From Ruditapes philippinarum (taxonomy: Eukaryota), in the NCBI RefSeq assembly GCF_026571515.1, contig NW_026857808.1, forward strand, positions 1 through 64,000: DNA of 64,000 nucleotides, written 5' to 3'. The notes under the pieces were generated by a model. The model did no database searches. It worked only from the letters and a program-made list of their open reading frames with translations, and was not told the DNA's origin. How positions within the stretch are numbered: position 1 is the first letter of the stretch; each line of letters opens with the position of its first letter. Shown piece by piece: positions 23,726 to 34,334 of the stretch. The position numbers were made by a program, and so were the translations under genes.

Positions 23726-25937
23726 GAACTATCGCTGAATGCGATTCATACCCCGACCAATGTCCTTGACAGAAGAAGACTTTGAAAGGTGGTTAAGGGA
23801 ATAACTTAAGTGGCACAAATACATATACATAAAAAGAAAATATCTCTGGTGGAAAAAAAACCAAATTGTACAGGTAATAGTTTTACTATATATTGTCAAA
23901 TCATGTTCAAAACAGTTACAAATAACCTATCATTTTCCCAATGTAGTAAAACAAACAAAAGTAGTAGTGAAGTTAAGAAAATAGCATAATTATGTCAAAA
24001 TGTAATTAAGAGTGGAAAAACTTTGCATACTCAGCTTACTTGTGACCCTTCATATATTATATAGTTTCGAGTGAATATCTGTTCTAGTTTCAGAAACATT
24101 TAAGTATTAATGGTTATATCAGAACATTTTCTAAGCCTAAAAGGGGCATAACTTGTGTAATAATTCAATGGAAATGTAGAATTTTCGTCATCTGAGCTTG
24201 CTTGTAACCATTCATATAAATTTTAAGTTTCAAGTAAATATTTGTTCTGGTTTAATAAATTATTGTTCATATTTGTCATCATTATTTTCTTGAAAAATAT
24301 GAGCTTTATTATTGAACATGCTATCGTGCTTAAAGTTCTGCATAATGGGGTGCTTGGGAGCTTATTATAAGGAAGGGGTATATTTCAGAATCAATACAAA
24401 TTTATTTACCAAAATGTATGCAACTTTAAATTAAAGATATTTCTTTTAGTGTAGACAAAAGTAATAAAGCATAGAATATTATCAATAAGATTTAGATTGT
24501 TCCATCATAATTTAATAACAAAACAAATAGTATTTTTGGCAATCAAGACAAAGGTTTTTTACAAATTATGAACACCTTTACATTTTGATGCCAAGATTAA
24601 ATTCATCTTATTTTAAATCTGAAACAATAAGACAGAGCTATAGAATTCATATCTATAGGGCTTTTCAACTTAATCTTTAAGCTAAAACAGTGGATGAAGG
24701 TAAATCAATATGTTAATGTATGGCACAAGTCTAAATTGAAATTTAACATTTTTGTGAAATAGGATAAGGAGTAATGGTAAGTGAAATTAATTAAAATCTT
24801 TTTTAACAGAAATATTTATGAAATGTTAAAATCTATAATAATAAATCAGCATTTTTCTAATTATTTATTCTTCACTTTTGACCTATCATTAAAGGAGCTC
24901 CAATCTGGCCTAAAGCCTAAAATATAAAATTTTAAATTTTTACATACATCAAGTGAAGCACTTGAAACTGAAACATTTGCAAAGGATAATAGCGAATATG
25001 CTGATAATTAAGCTAAAAAATAATTGTGTCTGATTATTAGCATGATTGTAATGCATAAAATAAATATTAATTTTAGGAAAAGAGGGACTCAGATGTGAAA
25101 CTATGCACACAAGTTATTGGTCGGGAACCTACATCAAAACTGCTGAAAAAAAATATTCTGGCCTGAGTTTTGTAAAAAAAACATCGCTGGAGTCCCTTTA
25201 ATATCTATCAAAATTAATACTCTATCAAAATTTCAGGTAAAAAATTAATTAATTACTGAAATATTGGCCATAAAATGTCAATATCACAGTAAATTACAAT
25301 AAACAACAAGAAGCCCTGTATATAGTTAAATGGCACTTAAAAAAATTGTAATACATAGATTCTACGAATGAACTACATAATTATTTGTAGCAGACAGAAA
25401 ACCTTAAATACTAACCCCCAAATAAATACAAATTATTATACATGAGCTCAATTTTCTAACCTTAAAAAAAAACCCTGCTATATAAATTGCATTTTTTTTT
25501 TGTATTTGCAATCAGCATAAAGTTGATATGACAGTATCAATATATATATATATAAATATCCTAGAAATATATAAATAATGAATATCACACAAAAATCGGC
25601 ATGTGCTTTTTTTAAGTATATCCCCCCTCCCTCCCGGACTCATGAATAAATTTTTGAAGATTGTAATAATTAATTACTTTAAGATGACAAATCCTAATTA
25701 GGCAAAATTATTAAATTATTAGATTTAATACAGTTTATTATCCTATAAAACTTTTTTCTTCTTTCTAAAAATCAATTAAATTTAAGTTAAGGTTATGAAT
25801 ATCACAATTTTCAATACATCTATTCATTTTTTGATAAAGGTATATGTATACAAGGCCAATACAATAAAGAATATATTGAATGATCATATTTCAAATTCTC
25901 AATAACAAAAATCTCCAAGGGCGCCATATAGGTGTAT

Positions 25938-26936
25938 GGACATAATCCCCTTCAGACAAAATCCCCTTCCCATACCCGGACAAAATCCCCTTCATGGGTG
26001 GACATAATCCCCTTCATGTTTTTGCAAGGCCGGACAAAATCCCCTAACCTACCAGGACAAAACCCCCTTCGGCCTTGTTTCATAGTTTTCTGATGTATTA
26101 TTATGGTCCATAAAATTGATGAATAATGTATTTTTATGCTCAATAAAAATTGATGAATTATAATGAACTTTTGTTTTTTTTATTTATAATTATGTATCAA
26201 GTTAACCTTTATAATTATATAAGCTTGATAAGACATATTTTTATTATTTGTTCCGATCAATTATCAACCAAATTATCATTAAAAACGATTTAACAGGTTT
26301 ATCAGTGTTCATTATAATTGTGGTAAATTATCAACTGCATAACAAATATATAGAGGATATTGAATGAGTGTAAGTTCAATACTGAATTTATTGCACGAGT
26401 TGAATAAAATTATATTATGCGAGCCTCTGGCGAGCATAATATTATTTTATTCAACGAGTGCAATAAATTCAGTAATGAAGTTACACGAATTTAATATTCT
26501 ATTTATCACATACCCAAAATAAAGACCGTTTAAGGTAAAATAAGAGTCGTTTTTCATTGACGCGCCTATAGTATAACGCTAACATTTAGCGCGTCTTTAC
26601 ACAATGTTTGAATAACGCTAATGACGTCACGTCAAAATATATGCACGGCCGTGCAATACCATATTTACGGAGTCGCAAAATCGGCACGGGTGTGTGATAA
26701 ATTTGATTAAGCAATTTCTTTAACTGCTTTAAATTGATTAGTATGAAAAACATTTTAATTAGTTTAACAGTGTTCATTTTAATTGATTAAAATGATGAGG
26801 GGGATTTTGTTGCAATTTTATTGAGGGGATTTTGTCCACTTCAAAATTTCACACATGAAGGGAATTATGTCCACCCATGGAGGGGATTATGTCCAGATAA
26901 ACAAAAATACATGAAGGGGATTTTTGTCTGACATTC
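25938..26936. mobile_element. Foldback/MULE-like MITE with an 8-bp TSD and repeat-built TIRs
   Basis: TSD AGGTGTAT (25930-25937, 26937-26944); empty site catatAGGTGTATctta at ~19644-19660. G..C termini. Six GACA(A/T)AATCCCC-type repeats on the left and five inverted copies on the right. Confidence 0.87.
26350..26702. mobile_element. Small nested element with a ~72-bp hairpin and an internal complement of its end junction (Crypton/DIRS-like architecture, unassigned)
   Basis: Arms 26354-26425 and 26429-26500 pair around the loop TCT. TTTATCACATACCC (26502-26515) is the inverted complement of the right end GGGTGTGTGATAAA (26688-26701). Confidence 0.7.
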
Positions 26937-27189
26937 AGGTGTATCTAAATAAAAGAAACAAAATTGAAGAAAAAATACAAACACAAAACTGAGTTCTGTT
27001 ATCACTTGAAAATATTTAAATAGAAATGAAGGTAGGTAGAAAACTTAGTCAAATTCAATTTTCTATTTGTATATAAACGATATCAATAACAGTAGCAGTA
27101 CAATATATATAGAGTAAAAAAAAACCTTTTTATTTTTAATTTCAGATTCATTAACTAGGATAAGTTATTAAATTAAAACTGTAACAAGT

Positions 27190-28970
27190 ATGGGAGCAAC
27201 CATACAACCTACAGTTAGACAAGAAACTGAACAGAGTAATGAAAGGAGACAGAAAGAATCTCAGGATTCTCTACATGAAGATAAAGTGGACAAGCCTCTT
27301 GTTGTAGTAGCCATAGATTTTGGAACAGTTCATTCCGGGTTTGCATATTCCTTTAAGGGAAATGAAGACAAAATAAAATCAGCAGAACATGGAGGAATGA
27401 TGCAGGAAGATAGAGTACCTACAGTATTGTTATTAAAACCAGACAAAACATTCCATTCATTTGGATACAAAGCACAGACTGAATTTTACAAGCTTTCTCA
27501 ATGTGACAGATCCAAATTTTACTACTTTGAAAACTTTAAAATGAAAATATATCATGAAAGTAAAATTGAAAGAAAAATGGTAGTTAAAGATATTTCTGGT
27601 AAACCACTTGAAGCTATGACAGTGTTTTCAATAGCAATAAAACATCTAAAAGATGAAGCATCAAAGATAGTTTGTGAATCAATACTTGAACTGAAAAAAA
27701 CTGACATTCAATGGATGATAACAATTCCAGCAATATCATCTGACTCAGCACGTCAGTTCATGAGAGAAGCTTCAACAAATGCAGGAATTCCAGAGACACA
27801 TCTTCGACTTGTTCTTGAGCCTGAAGCAGCAGCTTTATACAGTACACCACGAATAATGACAGAAGAAATACCGTGTGGATTTATGTACATACTTGCTGAT
27901 TTAGGTGGAGGGACAACAGACATATGTGCTCATAAAATAATAGATGGTAGGAAAATACAAGAAATATACCGAACAACAGGAGAAACCTCTGGTGGCAGTG
28001 ATGTTGATGATTGTTTTATTAACATGATGAAAACTTTAATAGGAAAAAAGGTTTGGAGTGAATTCTCAACTACCTTCCCATCAGCATGTGTAAGCCTTGT
28101 TAATGAGTTTAGACTGAAGAAGAAAGAGTTTAAATCAGAAACAAATGCTATACAACTGAAAATGGAAAATGCTCTGGTGCATTTCATAAGAGGGAAAAAA
28201 GGAACTTGAATGATATAGTAAATAAGTCGAAATATGCCAGAAAACTCGAGTATCATTCAATTGAAGCTAGACTTTTACTTAACAGAGAGATGCTGGAAGA
28301 ATTATTTAAGCCATCAGTTGATAAAATCATTAGCAAGTTGGTTGAAATACTAAATAAATGTGATGAAAATGAAATCAAAACAATCATTTTAGTTGGAGGA
28401 TACAGTGAATCTCCCTATGTAAGGGAGAGAATTCAATCACAGTTCAGAAATATGAGAGTTATCCTTGTAGATGATGCTAGACTGGCTGTGTTAAATGGGG
28501 CAGTGATGATGGGCTGGAAACCTAAAAATATCATACAACGTAAGTCCAGGTACTCTTATGGATTTGCAAATAAAAGACAATTCAGAGTGGGAATAGATCC
28601 AATTCAACTTATGATTATTTGTGATGGGGTCTTATGTTGTGACATGATATATTGGAAGATGATTGAAAAAGGTCAGATAGTGGAGTATGGACAGACATTT
28701 AAATATGAAGGGTATGATATAACCACTACAGTAGAAAAATGTATTGAGAGATATGTATTTCTATTTAGATCTACCCGTGAAGATCCTCATTACTGTATAG
28801 AGGAGTGCTGTAGCGAAGTAGGAACAATAAAAATTCTACCACCATCAGGTGGATGGCCAGATAGGTGGAAATTTCATCTACACCTTATTGTTGGTGAAAC
28901 TGAGTTCACTGTAAAGTATTTGAATCTTAATACAGGACAGGAATATGAAGCACAAATGGATTTTCTGTAA
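27190..28970 (+). pseudogene. HSPA12: HSPA12-like copy 5 with a single -1 frameshift in an A tract at ~28195-28202 (pseudogene or assembly error)
   Basis: ORFs 27190-28209 and 28206-28970 join into a full protein if one base is added to GGGAAAAAAGGAAC (copy 3: GGGAAAAAAAAGAAC). Confidence 0.92.
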
Positions 28971-29139
28971 TTACAAACAGTAGGGACCTAAAGATTAAGA
29001 TTAAAAAAAATTGTTGTCTATTACTGTCATTCCAGCTATCAACAGTAAAAAGCCAGATCAGACTGTACTGTGACTTTATCATTTTTGGTTCATGCAGTTT
29101 GAGGGTTAAAATAAGGGCCTTAGGCTCTACACACAAATA

Positions 29140-29326
29140 CAAGAGGGTCATAATGGCCCTGAAATTGCTCACCTGTATATAGGCCCATGGGGTAGCGCCA
29201 ATTTTAACCCTAGGGCTTTTATTTGAAAAATTTTGGTAGATACCCATTAGAAGATGTTTCATGATAAATATCTAAGCTGAGACGATTACAAAAGCTCACT
29301 ATGTCACTTTGTGACAGGTAAGCTAA
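29140..29326. mobile_element. Short one-monomer deletion derivative of the HINE family at 14918-16516
   Basis: Same 5' end CAAGAGGGTCATAATGGCCCT..GCTCACCTG, one partial monomer, and the same 3' hairpin TGTCACtttGTGACAGGT.AGCT. Confidence 0.85.
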
Positions 29327-29345
29327 AAATTGACCAAAGACTAAC

Positions 29346-29507
29346 CTTTGTAGAGCTGATGATTTTGGTGTTGTAAATCCTGATCGGGCTTTTGGAGTTA
29401 TCGGACATGACTTTACTTCCTCAATCTTTGTGTGCATCTGAAAGATTCTCTCAGCCACAGAAACTTCCCTTTCTTTTGGAGCATCATCTTTCTGTTGAGC
29501 TTCTTCT
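29346..29507 (-). CDS. Coding exon of the minus-strand host gene (supervillin-like?): (R)EEAQQKDDAPKEREVSVAERIFQMHTKIEEVKSCPITPKARSGFTTPKSSALQ(R)
   Basis: tttttcAG| acceptor and AAG|GTTAG donor, 162 nt, phase 2-2, open frame. Joins in frame to the exon ending at 36828. No stop codon, so the gene continues leftwards. Confidence 0.82.
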
Positions 29508-29992
29508 CTGAAAAACATATTGTACAAGGGAGGTAATAAATATGTCAAAATGTCAAAACTTACTAATCTCCCTTTCTATGTACAAAATTAAAAGATAAGA
29601 TATAGATTGAAAGATTTTACAAAGAGATACCTTAAATTAGTATTCAAGCCCAAAATCATGGTTCAAAACCATACAACAATATTTGAGACGGTTAACATTA
29701 TCTGAAAAAAAATGCCCTGAGTGCAATGACTGGTTAACTCCTATTAAGTTTTAAGCTGGTAAAAAGTGTCCTGTTGACAAAAAAGCCAAAATAATATCAG
29801 TCTGTGACATCAGCCATATTTTGATGTTGTTTTTTTTTCTTGCAGATTTCATGATTACGTAATTATTATTCATATAGAAAACCAGTATTTTTTCCTAGTA
29901 CTACTTTTCTTTTTTAAATTGACATAGGACTTGTTACAATCTCATTTAAAGTGGAATGACATCATTCTTAATCTAAGCATTTGATAAATTAA

Positions 29993-30313
29993 AGGGACTC
30001 CACTGATTTTTTTTTTTTTACATGAGGTTAGTGGAAATATTTTCCCAAGATTTGTGTACCATTCGATGTAAGTCTGGACCAGTAACTTGTGGGCAAATTT
30101 TCAGATATTTTTTTTTTCCTTTGTGCAATGTGACCCAAAATGAAAATTGTTAATTGCAACGCTTTCAACTAAATGGGGCTTAAAGAATGGCAGAAGAAAA
30201 TCAATATACAATTTGATTCTGAATATATTTCCTTTTTATCCATTGCAAATTTACAAACATATAAGAATTTCAAATTGTATGTTTTTAGGCTTTTTGACCT
30301 CGGTGGAGCTCCT
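29993..30313. mobile_element. Kolobok-like MITE, same family as the spacer copies but inverted
   Basis: TTAA|AGGGACTCCACTGA ... TCGGTGGAGCTCCT|TTAA. Confidence 0.7.
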
Positions 30314-33300
30314 TTAATAAAGGTCAAAGTATGAAGTCATTAAACTAAGCATTTGACCAAAGTAATTATCATGTTAGTAATGATTACAAGTTTATAAGTT
30401 AAATATTATCAAATTAGATAAACAACTATCAAGTGATTTTATTTTATAATATATATACAATATCTAACACAAGTACCGTGTAAATAATTTTACTGATTTC
30501 ATGGTTAAAAATATTTTTATTTTTACATAAATGTACATGTATTTTAGGATAATTAAATATTAACCCTTCACCTGCAGAGATTATGGTTAAGATTTGCCAA
30601 GTTTTCAATTTTCAACAGTCCATTTATTGTTTACAGAACAACATCCTCGGAAACCTAGGCGATTTTACGAAGATGATAGAAATGTTATAATTATCAAAGC
30701 TATCAACAGTTTAAAGCTGACTAATGTCTTTACTGTTGACAAAAATTTAATCACAGTCAGTTCCAACAGGGTTCAGTTTTTCAGACTATCAAGAACTTGC
30801 CTTTTTTTGCCAGATGTTGACCAAGGGAGAAAAATGATACTGCAATTTGCAATGTAAGAGTTGTCTTTCTTCTTAAAGCCTAATTAACAACCCTACAAAA
30901 TCACGTATTAAAGTAAAATTCACAGCCCAAAGATATATATTTCTTTTAGTTGAAATAATAATAACAATATTCTGTACTGAATGTTTTCAGTTATAACATT
31001 TCTCGTTCAATCATATCAATATTATTACACTATCTGGCAAAAGGACAAAACATGTCAAGAGAAAAAACCCAAACTATATTGCAGTTATCTACACAATTCA
31101 ACAATGTTTTATGATCATCTTTGGCTGTGAATGAACAAACATCTCAACACTGGTATAGTTATATAATAATAATTATAGTACATCATAAATGTGTAACATT
31201 GTTAAGGGATCTTCATAACCTAGCCTATATAGAAAAACTTGCGCTGCCAATGTGTTAAATTTCATGTACATACTCTTTAATTATAAACCATTAGTCTCTT
31301 TGTACCATAAACAAGAAAGCTTCCTCACATAAACAAATTCTACATTGTATTCTGTGTTTTCTTGAAAATGCCTGAGTATCAGTCTCTTAACAATCATTCT
31401 GGCATACGATGATTTTATGAAGTCAGTAAACATTTAAAGGCACATTATACCCCAGGCCCATTATACCCCATAATGTCTTGCGCAAGGAAACATCGGCCTG
31501 CCCCTGACAGGGATACTCACATTTAGTGCTACTTCCTACAGGATCGTGATAGACATTTAACATACTCTAAATCCATTAAAAAAAATGTTTAACCTTTCTA
31601 AAGAATGAAAAGTGTATAAATTCTGACAGTTACCATGCCTTTAAAGTAACCATTGTTTCCATATTTTATTCAGCATTAAAATGGATTACATCTATACATC
31701 TAGTTCACATAAAATAAAAGACCGTAAACACTATTTCACTTGGCCAAGTTGTAAACAAAACATTTAATTCCAGAATGCACAATTATGTATATCATTCCCT
31801 AAAATGACACTAAGCTCAAACCCTTGAAGTAGAAATAATCAAATCATTCAGATGTTGAACATACCACTGGCAATGACTGACAAGAAAACCTGCATTTTCT
31901 GACAATATACAAGCATTATGTATGATAATAAATACAGTATGATACAGATGCACAATATTGGCACATTCTTACGAAATAACATTTTAAAACAGTGCAACAT
32001 AATGACGGATAGATTAAACAGCAAAATTTTATGCCTTAGTGATATCAAAAACTCAAAATATACAAACTTTCTTCACGTTTATAATATTCCAAGAAAACTT
32101 AATCAGAATAACAATCTTGTTTTAGTCCCAAGGTTTTCTGTTCACACAATATGTAAACATGTGCTATAAGCACCAACACACAAACGACCCACTGTTACAC
32201 AGGTAACTGGTCTATTTTTAGAAATTTCCGCTACAATCACCGGCAATGCCAAACGTAATGGCAATCTGCCACAGTTACATACCCCATCTTCTTACCATCA
32301 AGGTAATACAATTGGAGTGTTCACTTTTATAATTACTTACCTTAGTTTAATAACCAGTTACCTAGAACTTTTAATCTAGACATTTTGAAGTGACATGATA
32401 AAAAGAAGGTACTGATAGAATGATGTTAGTTTACACAATTTCAAATCTTTCATCTTTAATATAAAATAGGTACATTGCAAGTTTTAGTCATATCGGTGTT
32501 AATCTTTCTTTTTTTTATGTATATTTTATATTTGTGGAGAGGGGGTGGGGCAATGGTCTCAGACAATGATTCTATTACAGTCATAAGTTAACTTAGTCAA
32601 AGTATCAACTTTCAACTGTAAAATTAATATAATAATATTATAGTATGTTTGTATCAACTCAAATTTGGAAACTGCAACACATTTACCATTATTAATTCAT
32701 AGAATGTCTAGTTGAGTAGAATAATATATCTTCAAAAACTAAAATTTTGGAAAAATACAAGAGAAATGATAAAATTCTGCATGAAAATTTACCAAAATTT
32801 CAGCTTACAAAGTTTCAAAAAGGGCATAATTTTGTCAAATCCATGATTGAGTTTGAAACTGTACTCATACCTGCAAGAGAAGATAATGCCAGAAATGAAA
32901 AAGCTTCAAAGTATAGGTTACAGCTACAAATTCTTTTTACCGAGGTGCGACATGGCACGGACATATGAATGCTGGTCAATAGAAGACCTATTCTACATGT
33001 ACATATATTTACTATATTCAGCTAAAACTCAAAAGCCTAGTGTCATCTATTCAAATAAATGCCTTAGGCTTTGGTGAATCAGATTATCTGTTAATTAATA
33101 ATAATAATCCATATATCATGTATACTGTCTATCAGGAAGCCTACATTAATTAGTATCTTACAAACTATAACCATATGTAACTTTCTACACCATAACATAA
33201 TAATAGTGTTCTTAGGTTGAACCCTAACTGATACCACATATCCAATGGCTAGTGTTTATAATGACTAACAACCAATACAGATATATATTTATCCCAATTA

Positions 33301-33732
33301 TTTTCCTTCTTTATACATAACATAATTAAATGCAAGATGTTCATTTCAACAACAATTAAACTTTGTATGTAACTACATAGTTTCTCAGTCTTAGCTTCAA
33401 ATTGACTTGTGCATGAAAAATGCAAGTTATAGAAAATTGAATGATCTCTCATGAATAGTGATAGAGCACTTCTAAAAAAGAATTTGTTATAGATATCTAG
33501 TAAGAAAAAAACAAAAGATTGGACAATAATTAAAAATGGTCGCATTAATTCATTTTGGTCTTAAATTTGACCTGGACTTTATATTTTATTCTACAATTAT
33601 GCACATAATAATTCCCTGAAATTACATCAATCACCTAAACTCCCCTATAAATAGTAAATTAATAACTGTGACCACTGAAAGCTTAAGACATCATTTGGCC
33701 AATTCCACAACGACTGTTTGAATGAAAACATT

Positions 33733-33870
33733 TTTTTGTAGGTTTAACATGGCACCAACACAGTATAGGTCATATGGCGACTTTACTTGTGGAAGAAGAC
33801 TTCAGATGCCCTTCTGTGCCTTATTTCAGGCACGAATAGGCACCTGAGTAGAACCAACCATGTTCCTTCA
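33733..33870 (-). mobile_element. Degenerate 3' fragment of SINE family A
   Basis: acacagtataggtcatatggcgac..gtggaagaagacttcagatgccc..atttcaggcacgaataggcacctgagtagaacc aligns to 1811-1965. Confidence 0.75.
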
Positions 33871-34334
33871 AATAAATTATTGCAGAAAATGAGTGTTACA
33901 AGTGCAGGTGATAATGTATGTAATATTAGACTAGAAATAAAAGCAATCTCAGTGAAAAAGAGAAACTCACACTCGTATTCAACCAATTTTTGTGTTAGTT
34001 ACAAAATATACAATCTAGACATAAACATGTATACCAGACAGAGTCAGACGAACAAATAAGCTCAGCTGATGCAGTTCATCAACAGAAGGAAAAGGTTGGT
34101 GAAGACAGAAAACACACAAAGGTGAAATTTGCATCAGATTCTGAAACCTTCAATTTTATTTCCATTATCAGGTCATTACTGGCACTGTAAAGGTTTTTTT
34201 TTTAGTGATGAAGGAAAACCTTTTTGGTAGCCTTGCATTTATTATTTCAGGCATTTACGGGCACATCATTACAACAACTGACTTTCTGTTTCATAGCTAG
34301 ATCATCTTAGCTTACCCAAAAAGTCTTTGGTTGG

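Noticed and set aside
28192-28210. Programmed -1 ribosomal frameshift in copy 5
   Set aside because: In-frame reading is AGA GGG AAA AAA GGA, with no X XXY YYZ heptamer in the right phase and no evident stimulatory structure; the paralogs are in frame.
63-28256. Minus-strand ORFs overlapping HSPA12 (63-317, 421-693, 5300-5494, 6222-6536, 6640-6906, 20940-21398, 27930-28256, etc.)
   Set aside because: Antisense shadows of the + strand CDS. They recur only because the genes are duplicated, lengths vary, and they lack splice signals.
496-28890. Diversity-generating retroelement (template/variable repeat) as the cause of hypervariability
   Set aside because: Changes are not adenine-specific, there is no invariant template repeat, no reverse transcriptase is in the window, and the context is eukaryotic.
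31438-31640. Possible Kolobok-like MITE TTAA|AGGCA..TGCCT|TTAA, and TTAA|CCCT piggyBac-like remnants at ~30563 and ~45568
   Set aside because: TIR matches are only ~5 bp or one end is missing; too degenerate to delimit confidently.
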